A program made the position numbers and the translations under genes. A stretch of DNA of 64,000 nt from Cetorhinus maximus (Eukaryota). Positions within the stretch are counted from its first letter, which is position 1; each line of letters opens with the position of its first letter. Below are positions 25,751 to 37,598 of this stretch, one piece after another. The stretch lies in contig NC_135896.1 of the NCBI RefSeq assembly GCF_964194155.1, forward strand, positions 97,526,001-97,590,000, written 5' to 3'. A model generated the notes under the pieces. That model made no database searches. It saw only the letters and a list, made by a program, of their open reading frames with translations, and had not been told where the DNA came from.

Positions 25751-26914
25751 ACACTGGATTTTAAGCATTTATCTACATGTCTTCCTCAGTGTGATGAATA
25801 AATTCTACTCCTTTAACCATGTACCATGGTAAAGGGTCATTGACCTAGTCGGAAAGCTAGCAAAACGGTGCCATTTACACCAGTCTGCATATTGTCAATC
25901 AGTTTAATGCAGGCATGTCATTTCATCCGAAATGACACAAAGGAGTCATCCAAGCATGCATAGCTTGCAAGGACGAGAAAGTCAGATTAGCCTGTTAAAC
26001 ACAGCTCAACCTCCCCTCAGGATGATTGTAGTTTACTGATTTTCCATTAGGGCACTTCCTACAATCGCACAGTAACACTGCTCTGCACAACAGATGTGTC
26101 ACTTGTGATTCAATCACACTTGCTGGCGCCAGCCTTTGAAGAAGTGAATTACAACATTTGTATTCTGAGATTCTCCACACCAGGAATTCGACATATTTAA
26201 AAATTGGGTCTTGAAGAGGAGCTTTGTAACTACAAATCGATAACGCACCCAAAGTGTCAATCTGTAGTTGTGATTGGAATTCAGCTATCTGCATAGCTTT
26301 TACCCTGCTCCTGGAACAACATTTGAAATGGGACTAAATCCCTTTCCAAAGCACTGAAATGTCAATTTGGGAGGTGATTAAGATTTAGCCCGGGTGGGAT
26401 CATTTGCGGGCATTTAGGACCTGGATCAGCCCTCTTCATGGAGGAGTGAAGAAATGGAAAAATATCAAATATTTTAACTCATTTACTTCATTAAAAAGTC
26501 AATTTTATTTGAATGACACTGAAAATTGAATAAGAAACTCTTTAAATAAAAAAAGGTAACCAATTAAAGGGAATTGGTTGAGAGACAACCGTTTGTGTTA
26601 TGATACTGTTTTCTGCATCAAATTTAAAGTTTTCAGCATTATTCCATATCACTGAGCACAAATAATTTGTGATTCGAACTTTCCACTGGAATCTTATTTC
26701 GTTGAAAGAAACAAAACAAAAGAGGACTTAAAAATGCATAGACTGTGATTCCCAGCAATTATACTCAATTTACCAGCTTGCTATCTCCACCATTCACCCT
26801 ACCAGTGGATGCAGGCTCAAGAGGAGATCCCATCAGTTAAAGACAGATGATGGACCTCTTTGGTGCCCGCATTTCCTACAGGCTGGTAAATTAATTGGTG
26901 TGCAGATATTTTAG

Positions 26915-27960
26915 AGGATGGTGAGGATGCAGGAGATTACAGAGGTAGAGGGGAGGCGAGGCCAGGGAGGGATTTGAAAAAAAAGGATGATAGTTTTAAC
27001 ATCGAGGGTTTGCTTAACCAGGAGTCAATGTAAGAGCAGCAAGCACAGGGGTGATTGGTGAACAGGATTTGCTACGAGTTAAGACACAAGCGGAGTTTTG
27101 GATGACAAGTTTACAGAGGGTTGAAAGTGGGAAGCCAGCCAGGAGTGTATTACAACAATCAAGTCCCGAGGTAACAAAGGCATGAAGGAGGTTTTCAGGA
27201 GATGAGCCAAGGCAGGGACAGAGTTGGGTGATGATATAGAGGTGGAAATAGGTGGTCTTGGTGACAGTGCAGATACATGATTGAAAGCCTCAGACTGTTG
27301 CCAGGAAAAGGAATGGAGTCGGTGCTTAGGGTGAAGATCTTGGAACAGGGACCGAAGACAATGGCTTCAGTCTTCCCAATATTGAATTGTAGAGAATTTC
27401 GGTTCACCCAGTAGTGGATGCCTAACAAGCACTCTGACAATGTAGAGATGAAAGGGCTTAGAAAGGCAGTGGTGAAACAGAGCTGGGTGCCATCAGCATA
27501 CACATGGAAACTGACATGATTTTTGATGATGTTGCCAAGGGGCAGCATGTAGATGATAAATAGGAGGAGGCCACGGGTAAATCCTTGGAGACACCAGTGG
27601 TAACTTTGCAGCATGGAAAGAGAATCCATTGCAGGTGATCTTCTGGCTGAAATTGTGTACCTAAGAATGGAAACAGGCAGGTGCAGTCTCACCTAGCTGG
27701 ACAATTAAGATGTTTCAGGAGAAAGGTGTGATCAACCATTTGAAAGACTGTAGACAGGTCAAGAAGCTTGAGAAGGGAAAGTTTACCTGTATCACAGTCA
27801 TATAGAATGTCATGTGCACTTTGATAAGAACTGCTTCCATACTGTAGTAGAGCAGCACCTGATTGGATGGATTCAAACATGGAGTTTTGGAAAAGATGGG
27901 CACGAGAGCTGACATCATGTTCAAGGACTTTAGTGAGGAAAGGGGGTGTTGGAGATGGGT
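26915..27960 (-). mobile_element. L2-clade LINE RT fragment
   Basis: LLDLSTVFQMVDHTFLL; LLFIIYMLPLGNII..FHVYADGTQL; NIGKTEAIVFG. Confidence 0.85.
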
Positions 27961-28221
27961 TAGTGAAATCTCTTCAGATAGTTTGCTTCCTTAATGAACA
28001 ATATCTGTGCTGCCATGTCACTAGTCAGATATGGCACTGACATAATAGGGCATTTGACCCAACTTCCCAATCCCAAAAGTCACTCCCACCAATATCTTCT
28101 CATATGCTGCTCTGAAATTATATTTACTCCACCTTTGAGTTCACAATATTTCCTATTTAGACATTTCACCCAGCAGAAAAACACACATATTTCACGTCAA
28201 AAATTATTAACAAGGTCTTAG

Positions 28222-28383
28222 CAAAAAAGCAAAATGCTGCAGATGCCAAAAATCTGAGATAAAACCAGAAAATGCTGGAAGAACGTTCCGGTGAAAGGTC
28301 ACAGACCTGAAAGGTCAACTCTGTTTCTCTCCACAGATGCTGCTAGACCTGCTGAGTATTTTCACAATTTTCTGTTTTTATTA
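28222..28383. mobile_element. Fold-back mini Penelope-like fragment with a hammerhead-like motif
   Basis: Inverted tail copy, then CCGGTGAAAGGTCACAGACCTGAAAGGTCAAC and a forward tail. Confidence 0.65.
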
Positions 28384-28764
28384 CTTAGCAAACAAATGTT
28401 TACTTAAATCGAGATTATTTTGTTAATGTCCCCATTCATTGTTTGAATCCAAAATAGCTTTAAATGTGGACAGGAGTTGCTGTTACTATATATTGCCTAG
28501 ATTTCCTTTCCCACCAACACCCCAATCTGTGATTGTTATCTTGAAATAGCCAGCAGAAATTGCATCAATCAGTTTAAAAATATATCTCAATTAATACAAA
28601 CTGAGCACATGCTGTGCACATCACTTCCCTAAATTTAACTGGTATATGTAAAAATAGAAAGCAACCAAGTAGTGAATCAAGATTATGAGGTTCAGAAGAT
28701 TACTACACGGTGCAATCCTCATGCTTTACAATAAACGAAAGAGGGAAAGAACAAAAGGATAGAA

Positions 28765-28925
28765 GAAAGATTTGCATTGATGTGGCGCCTTTCACAACCA
28801 CAAGACGTCGTAAAGCACCCCACAGCCAATGACATACCTTTGAAATGTAGTCATGTTGTAATGTAGGAAACGCAATAATCAATTTGCACAGGTCAAGATC
28901 CCACAAACAGCAATGAGATAAATGT
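28765..28925 (-). mobile_element. Deu-type SINE 3' fragment
   Basis: TGTAATGTAGGAAACG...CAAGATCCCACAAACAGC. Confidence 0.6.
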
Positions 28926-29825
28926 GAACATACGAATTAGGAGCAGGAGTAAACCACTCGGCCCCTCGAGCCTGCTCTGCCATCCAATAAGATCATGGCT
29001 GATCTGATTGTAACCTCAGCCCCACATTCCCGCCTGCCCCCAGCAACTTTTCACCCCCTTGCTTATCAAGAATCTATCTACCTCTGCTTTAAAAATATTC
29101 AAAGATTCATTCTGCCTCCATCACCTTTTGTGGAAGAGAGTTCCAAAGACTCACGACCCTCTGAGAGAAACATTTTTTCCTCATTTCTGTCTTAAATGGG
29201 TGACCCCTTATTTTTAAATAGTGACCCCTAGTTCTAGATTCTCCCACAAGGGGAAACATCCCCTCTACATCCACTCTGTCAAGACCCCTCAGGATCTTGC
29301 ATGTTTCAATCAAGTTGCCCCTTATTTTTCTAAACTCCAGCGGAAACAAGCCTAGCCTGTCCAACCTTTCCTCATAAGACAACCCATCCATTCCTGGTAT
29401 TAGTCTGGTAAACCTTCTCTGAACCGCTTCTAATGCATTGACATCCTTCCTTAAATGAGGAGGCCAGTACTGTACACAGTACTCCAAATGTGGTCTCACC
29501 AGTGGCCTGTATAACTGAAGCATAACCTCCCTACTCCTGCATTAAATTCCCCTTGCAATAAATGATAACATTCTATTAGTTTTCCTAATTACTTGCTGTT
29601 TCTGCATACTAATCTTTTGCGATTCATGCATTGGACACCTAGATACCTCTGAATCTCAGAGCTCTGCAATCTCCCACTATTTAGATAATATGCTTCTTTT
29701 TCATTCTTCCAGCCCAAATAGACAATTTCACATTTTCCCTGTATTATACTCCATTTCCTAGATTTTTGCCCACTCATCAAACCTATCCACATCCTTTTGT
29801 AGCCTCCTTATGTCCTCCTCACAGC
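28926..29825 (-). mobile_element. CR1 LINE RT C-terminus and 3'UTR
   Basis: LQLYRPLVRPHLEYCVQYWPPHLRKDV...QRVVSLWNSLP. Confidence 0.92.
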
Positions 29826-29849
29826 TTATGAACAAAACATCTGTGTTTC

Positions 29850-30145
29850 TCAAAAAATGATGTTGGTTGAGAGATAAATATTGGCTGGGAAACCAGGAAA
29901 AGTCCCTAGCTCTTTTTTGTATAGTACCATGGAGTCTGTTACAGCCACCTGACGGCTGTTGATGCCTTGGTTTTAACATCTTATTCAAAGGATGTGCCCC
30001 CAGCCACAACCACCCCACGCACCTCTGACAGTGCAGCACTCACTTAGTGCTTCACTGGACTATGTGGTCAGGTCACTGGCAGTGGAACTTTAAGACCTGT
30101 CCTTCTGATTCAGTGGTGAGCATGCTGCGGCTGAGCCACAACTGA
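29850..30145 (-). mobile_element. Deu-type SINE 5' part, probably continuous with 28765-28925 before the CR1 insertion
   Basis: tRNA-like head CAGTTGTGGCTCAG on the minus strand; GAGTGCTGCACTGTCAGAGGTGC core. Confidence 0.6.
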
Positions 30146-31939
30146 TATTGGCAGAGACACCGATAATATGCTATCTGTACCATAGTCCTGAAAACCAACT
30201 GTTCGTTACTGTCTTTTCTACATCTTCCCTCGGCGTCTAATAGAGTGGAGTTAATTCTAATCTAAGTGGTTGACAATACTTACAGAAGCGTCAGCAGCTA
30301 AGTGGGACCATCTTTCATGATCTGAATACGTTAAAGGTGGTGACACATGCAACTTTTACCTCCACCGTGCTGCTTTGGAATAATTCTGAAGAGCAAAAGT
30401 GTTAATGATGCCAGGCGTGACTGCTCTGAAAAGCTGGCTTTCAGCTAACATAACAATATATCTCCCAAAAACCTGAGACAAGCCTTTATTCACTAATCTT
30501 TGCATTACTCATGCAATCTTTTTGATGTAAAATGACTGAAATATGAGTAATCCTCAGACAGACACCTGAAGGATTACTATCCACAGGAAAGTATCAGCAT
30601 TTTAACAGAATTGAGGGGATAATCATTCTCTCATAAGAAGGCCTTCTGACCTCTTTGAAGCAGTCAATTAAACAATAACAGAGTAATTTGATCATCAAAG
30701 ACATGAAGGTGGTATAGATTCACCTACATGATGATGGAAATAGATCTGGATAATATGGTAGCTTTAATATTTAATGTTTTTTGTTAGAAGGTACATCCAA
30801 GCGATTCAATAGAGATAGTCAAAGGGTTGTGTCTAATTACATCGGGTTTCTTTAAATTTTAATACTTGGCTACCTTACACACAGGTACTGAAAATATACT
30901 GCATGAGCTTTTGCAACAGAAACACATATTTAATCACAAGCCCATGAATAATTCTGCAATTCTCACGTCACACCACAATTAAGGCATGCTGCAGGGCTTG
31001 TCAGGGCTTTGCTTTTGATCTGAAGCAAATTGAAATTTTGGAAGCTGTACCGCGGAACAGTGGTCTGGGAGTTTCCAGAGTAAAGCGTTTCAAAGGCATC
31101 GCTTTTAATCGGAATTGTTTACCCCACTGCCACCTCATCTTCTAAAAGTTGTCCGAGGGCAAGAATTCGGACATCATCAAACGATGTCCAGAAGATTCAG
31201 CAGAGTCAATCAGAATCCTTTGGCTGTGTCGCACCTCACCTGGACTCTGAGCCATCCTTCACTCACATTCCTTCCATTTCTCATATTCATATAAGAGAAA
31301 AATACAGAAAAAAGATTGCATTTATGTATCGCCTTTCGTGGTCTCAGAATGTCCGAAAGTGTTTTACAACCAACGAGTGTTTTTTGGACTGTAGTTGCTG
31401 TAGGGAAACACTGACACAGTTACTCCTAGGTCTTTACTCCAGGCATCAATCGAGTGGGCAGTGCCCAGAGCACCCAACTATTCCTGCCAGCGGGAGGCCC
31501 AGCCAATTTCCAGGGCCACCTTCATTACCATGTTGCTGGCCAGCAACACACACCCTGAACTGGAGACCCGCTGTAGCTCGCCAGCTCTAGGCCATCACAT
31601 TGTCAGGTGGCATCAAGGCTGACCCACCCAGCAGGTAAACGTGTCCGGGCAGTGGGGCCAGTACAGGGGATGGGAACTGAGTCCAGGGGGAACAGAGGGC
31701 CCATATTATCTATGCAGAGCCCAGAGGTGTACTCAAGCTCCTCCTGGTCTCATGATGGGGTCTGTTCCTCTCCACCGCCAGGCGGAGCATGCATATCGCA
31801 CAAGATTGTTAAATGGATCCCAAGCCAAATGGTGAAGTATGAAACTAGACACAGATCCTTTTATTGACAATAGGTTTGTTGATAGAATGCAGGATTACAT
31901 ATCTCTGCCTCCTATCTAACAACAGCCCAATATCCCAAG

Positions 31940-32190
31940 AGTCTCTTTTTATATTCTTTTGAGTAATAACCAATTAACGAAAAGGGATAAATCAACAAAT
32001 TAACAAAATAAATTAAACAATTTAAGGGACCAGCTTCTTAAAGGGACACTGCAACAAAAAATACAAAAAGCTTAAAGGAAACTTAACCAACTAAATCAAA
32101 ATGGTGTTTTGGGCGTCAACGATGCACCCCAGCCCCCTCAGTGCTCCCCAATCACAGAAGGCCTCCGCGTGCCTCCTCTCACAGAATTTT
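31940..32190 (-). mobile_element. Tx1/L1-clade LINE 3' end
   Basis: Minus-strand translation EAFCDWGALRGLGCIVDAQNTILI* followed by a T-rich UTR. Confidence 0.5.
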
Positions 32191-32379
32191 ATAGCAAAGA
32201 AGGCTATTCAACCCATTGCACCTGTGCCAGCTCTCTAAAAGAGGTAGCCCCTGCTCTTGCCATCTTTCCAAAACCTTTAAAACACTTAAAAAAAATGTAT
32301 CCACTGCCCTTTTAAAACCTATTTATGAGCCCTGCCTCCAACCCTCAACAACTCGTAACATAGAAAAGCTCTTAACTAT

Positions 32380-33091
32380 GGGCAGAATCTTGCCTTTGGA
32401 TGGTGTGTGGGCCCCACCGGCTCAGTGGTGGGCGGGCAGCCGACCACCGCCACCGAAACGGGGCCTGCTGCCATTTTAAGTGGGCGGGGCCAATTAAGGC
32501 CCTTCCAGCGGCATCCCCGACGGGAAGCGCTATACGATTCCTGTGCAGGGTGGGAGGGAATCCCCAGCTGTCAATGTGAGCTCTTTCACGCATGCGCACG
32601 ACAGAGCGCACTGCTCCCTGAGGCAAAGTCCTGTCTCAGGGAGAATACTGATAGTGTCAAAAACATTAAAAATAGAAACATTAAAAAATTATTCACATGT
32701 CCCCCTCACGTGACAATGTCACACGAGATGGGACATGTTAATAAAGAACACATGCACTTTATTAATTTTTTACAAGACGGACATGAAACTTCATCCGGCC
32801 AGTGGATGAGGTTTCATGAATAATCAGGAGTCCACTGGGGCTCTTGGCCTGCCCACCAGCCATAAGGTTGGACGGGCAGGTCTTTAATTACTTTAAATAG
32901 CCTGTCAATGGCCTCAATTGGCCATTGACAGGTCGGCGGGCGGGCAGCTGATTTCGCTGTCCACCCCCACCTTCCTAAAAATTTAAATGGACCGGGATGA
33001 CATTGGGGATTCCTCCCAACATCATCCCGTGTCATTTTCCCCTCGGCAACCGGGCCCCACCCCCAAATCGCCGAGGGGGAAAATCCTGGCC
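32380..33091. mobile_element. Harbinger-type hairpin-array MITE, copy B
   Basis: Ends GGGCAGAATCT / AAATCCTGGCC; TSD TAT. Confidence 0.85.
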
Positions 33092-33254
33092 TATGTCTAT
33101 GACAAGCTTAAATCTGTTCCTCTCGTTATTTTAACTGCAAGTTGCAAGGTTCCATCCACTTTCCCCAACTTGCCTCATCGAAATCACTCAGCTTAAAATA
33201 ACCCTATTTTCATAACGTCCTTTATTTTAATGAAAAGAGTTTCAGTTTTTTTGT

Positions 33255-33670
33255 AACACTCAGCCAGTCAGGCAGCACCTGCGGAGAGAGAAACGCAGCT
33301 AATGCCTCAAACCGATGACCTTTTAACAGGACTGGAAGAAGTTAGAAATGGAGCACATTTTAAACAATTCTAGAGACAGGGAAAGGAGGGAGTTAAGAAA
33401 TGGAACACAATGGGAAGGTCTGTGAGAGAGGGGAGGGCAAGAGACATGAAAACGAGATGATTGTGCAAGGCACAAGGGGAGGGGGATGGTAATGGTAAAT
33501 AAAGAAACAAATTATGTGTCTAAGGAAGAACTAATGGGGAAATGCAATGACCAACAGCTGCCGCCCAAATAAGAATGAGCAGTGGTTATAACCTGAAATT
33601 GTTGAACTCAATGTTGAGTCCAGAAGGCTGTAAATTGCCTAATGGAAAGATGAGGTGATGTTCCTTAAAC
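33255..33670 (-). mobile_element. Old Penelope-like element 3' fragment
   Basis: GIY-YIG C-terminus EHHLIFPLGNLQPSGLNIEFNNFR plus a degenerate tail. Confidence 0.7.
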
Positions 33671-34818
33671 ATACATTGTGCTCAGCTTCTGTCGACTTTC
33701 CTCATAACCAAAGCATCTCATCCCTGATATATTCTTAGTGAATCTCACCCGCATCCTCTCAATTGCTTGAACAATCTTTGAAAGTAAGATGCCCAAAATT
33801 GGACTGAATCTCCAGAACAAAAACCGCAAACTAAAACAAGGAAGGGACACCACCATCGTCTTGAAAGTGGATCTGAACTTGGTTTACCCAGCAGGGAAGG
33901 AGTGGCCCTAAAATCACAGGGCTGTATTTACTGCTCCCTCTCTGCCTGCTCCCAATGTGCCTCGGGACATTTCAATCTGTTGGGAAAGGGGCGTTTTTAC
34001 TTAGAAGTTTATAACTCACTCCGCAAAATAATAGGACTCCAATCATTTCTTGACACTCATAGGAATTAATCATCCATGAATAACTATTACTGACAATAAT
34101 TGAACACGCTCTTAACAGCACTTAAGGCGAAACTTTGCAAAGTTGTTGAAGAATTGAAACGTGTTAGGGCCAGTTCGTGGTGCTTAATAATGTGAACCGC
34201 GTGGGTATCAGCTGAGGCAGCTCTTGGAACCTGCCTCTTCTACTAGCCCCATTATGGCATCACTGAGCCATGATTAGCAACCCTCCGACAAATAGGGCGG
34301 TATATGAAGAGAAAGGGAATTCTGAGGTATCTCTCCCTAACACCCACACTCTTTTGTACCTTTTCCTCAATTCTGTGAGAATTTACACGTTTCATAGCGT
34401 TATTGCATTCAGTTAGCTTCTTCCCTTGCTCCTCATCAATAACAAGCACGACTCCCTAGACTTTGTTTTACCTTGAGAACTGTCAATCAACCAGTCAAAC
34501 TGGAGACAGTTAGAGAGCGAGATTAATAAAGGAAGGTTGCCTTTAGCAGAGTTGCTTATTCAGGTGTGCCCTTGGAGAAATTAACAGTTCCTAGAAAATA
34601 TTTCTATCCCATGGTTGAATCTTAATTGTGCGCTGCTGAGCCTCCTATCAGCTAAAGGTTTTCCCTGTCAAATAATTAAGCCTATTGCCAAAACTGAAAT
34701 ATTGCTATGTGCATTAAATCGCATTTATCCAAAACAAAATGCACCTGCCACCCTTCCAATAGAAACCGACTTAAAAGGCAAAAGCTTTAAGTTCATATTA
34801 CGACGCTGTTCGGAGACA

Positions 34819-34949
34819 GGGTGGGATTTTCCGGCCCCACCATGGTGGGACCCGCCATGGTGCAGGATGCAGCGGGCCAGACAAAAGACCCTTGACTTTC
34901 GGCGGGACCGGAAGACCCCAGTGGTGGGTGGGGCCAGAAAGTCCCACCC
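34819..34949. mobile_element. Small Harbinger-type MITE
   Basis: TIRs GGGTGGGATTTTC / GAAAGTCCCACCC; related to 1658-1785. Confidence 0.7.
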
Positions 34950-35759
34950 TTGAAGGCAGCTTAATTGACTCTTTCCCACCCAACTCATGGGTGGGCACTA
35001 ATTCCCCACCTGAAATCAGGATGCAACTCCATTACTTGTGACGTGTGTTAGGTCTCGAGGCAATTACAAGGGCCAACTGGTCGGATCATTTACCGTGCAC
35101 ACTTTGCCCAGTTGTACCAGGCAGCAAAGAGGAAAGGGGCCCCTCGGAAAAAAAAATAAGTTCAGAATTACTTCCATGGGTCCAGGAGGAGCGGGAGCAG
35201 TCCTCCAAGCGCTACATGAATACTGAGCCCACTGTTAACCCCAGCTCTGCACACCCCCCTCACCCACCAACCTCCTGGGCTGGCCTCAAAGCTGCCCAAT
35301 AACACTGGGTGCAGTAGGCCCGGCTGGCTTGACGTGTGTGACTGGCTGGTGGCATAATAACAAGACAAGGCCCTCAAGATCGCTAAGGTTCCATCTACTG
35401 CCTCGGTTCCATTCCTGGAGTTAAAAGCTACCCCAAAGTGAATTTCTAGATATTTCCTGAACCAGCTATTTTCATGCAAATACACTGCATATAAATTTTC
35501 GCCATCAAGGCCTTGCAAAAATTGGGCTTGACTATATCAGAACTGTCTGTCCATAATATTTACATTAAAATGATGTAAAGTTAAAACCTTATTGAAATCC
35601 ATACTATTTTGAAACATAGCAACGATTATTACTGCAAGATGTGAGTGAGGCATATATTACTCAAATACATAGATGGCTACAAATTTTATAAATTCAATTT
35701 AAGAAAGAAATCAACAATTCCCCAGCAGAAGGAAACACGGACACAATAAATCATCCTAT

Positions 35760-36411
35760 GGGCTAAATATTCCCCCTGTCGGGGAGGAAGTGCAGGAGTG
35801 GGTGTGGGGGGGCAGCTCTTCGATTGGCGCCCGCGATTGGGGACGCGCCGCCATTTTTCGTGGGCGGGCCAATGAAGGCCCGCCCAGAGTGACATCCGTA
35901 CGGAAGCTGTGTGTGTGCACTCCCTGTGTGGGCGAAGGAGTGCTCCGATCTCCCTGAGGCTAAGTGCTGCCTCAGGGAGATCGGTTCCCAAAAGGAAAAA
36001 GTTGCTGTGTCAACAATTTCATTCACCATCCATGTCCGCTCATGTGACAATGTCACATGAGTTGGGGCATGGACATAACTTTAAGTAAAAGTGAATCTTA
36101 ATTTTTTAGTTCAGTCATGAAGCCTCATCCCGCCCATGGATGAGGTTTGATGCTTTTTCAGGCGGCCGCCAGTGCTCCCGACCTGCCCACCAACCTTAAG
36201 GCTGGACGGGCAGGTCCACTAATTGCTTTAATTGATTTTTCGATGGCCTCAATAGGCCGTTGACAGGCTGGCGGGTGCACAGCTGACTTGGCTGTGCCCC
36301 CGCTGACCTGAAAATGCAAATGACACAGGATGGCGTCAGGAGTTCCCCCTTACGTCATCCCGCGTCGGCGAGTGGGCCCCGCCCCCGCTCGCTTACCGGA
36401 AAATTCTTACC
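35760..36411. mobile_element. Harbinger-type hairpin-array MITE, copy C
   Basis: TSD TAT; colinear with copies A and B. Confidence 0.85.
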
Positions 36412-36954
36412 TATGTTTCTCAGAAGTTTGGATGAATGATGATTTGGGAATACCCACTTTGCCTTCATCACGTTACATGTCACTTGTACAGTCTTTAGTG
36501 GGCTGGCTTTTAAACAATGAATCACAGGCATCTCAACTTGACCAGTGTGACCTTCGTTGACATCAAGTGCTTATTGCCCTCCTCCAAAACAGCAACTGTA
36601 GTGAGAGCTCTGTCCTGCAGTGTTAAATTATAACATAAATTCTTTGGTTTTTGCACTCAGACAAATTGTTTTCCATATATTAGTGAGAGTTTTGGTTGGT
36701 ATTATTTAATGTAAACAAAAAAAAAATAGATAACATTTGTAAAGAAACATGAACCAGCTCCCTAGGTAGCAGTTGGCTATTGCAGATTCCTTGGTTTGTA
36801 CCTCAAATACATAATTAAACTGATTGTGATGCAGAGTTACAGAGGGCTCCTGTTAAACTATCAGTGTGTTACAATGTGTTGGAGGAAAATAGATAGATCC
36901 CATCCCATAATATCCTAATGATTAGTCAAAGCACCTCCTCAAATTACAGGTTCA

Positions 36955-37235
36955 TTTTTATTTTTGTTCTTGGGCTGTGGGCAATACTGACAAGGAAATG
37001 TTTATCGATTAAGTAAGTCACTGGTTAGTCAATTAATCGTCATCCACCTCATCTGGGACTGGAGTCACATGAGGCCCAGGGCAGATTTCGTCCCTAAAGG
37101 ACATTAGTGAACCTGTCAAGTTATTACACCAAACCTGCATCTTTTAATGCTAGCCAACAAACTATTACATTTATTAAATTCAAGCTCATAAATTGTTGTT
37201 TTAGGATTTGAACTTATCATTCCTAGATCACTAGT
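36955..37235 (-). mobile_element. Older degenerate copy of the tRNA-derived SINE
   Basis: GGAGTCACATG...CCCTAAAGGACATTAGTGAACC...GGATTTGAAC. Confidence 0.6.
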
Positions 37236-37244
37236 GGAGTTTTG

Positions 37245-37598
37245 TTTCATTCTTTCATGGGATGTGGGTGTCACAGGTGAGGCCAGCATTTGTTGCCCAT
37301 CCCTAATTGCCCTTGAACTGAGTGGCTTGCTAGGGCATTTCGGGGTCAGTTAAGAGTCAACCACATTGGAGTCACATGTAGGCCAGACCAGACCAAGGAT
37401 GGCAGATTTCCTTCCCTAAAAGGACACTAGTGAACCAGATGGGTTTTTACAACAATCAACAATGGTTTCATGGTCATCATTACTGAGACTAGCTTTTATT
37501 AATTGAGTTTAAATTACACTGTTGCTATGGTGGGATTTGAACCCATATCTCCAGAGCATTAGTCTGGTCCTCTGACATAATCACTACGCCACCATCTG
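37245..37598 (-). mobile_element. tRNA-derived SINE, partner of the 47585 LINE
   Basis: Reverse-complement match to 17845-18239, same CAGTT|CAAGGG junction. Confidence 0.88.

Noticed and set aside
31125-31195. Minus-strand FDDVRILALGQLL resembling the ANGPTL3/4 N-terminal motif
   Set aside because: Bounded by stops, with no signal peptide or splice support.
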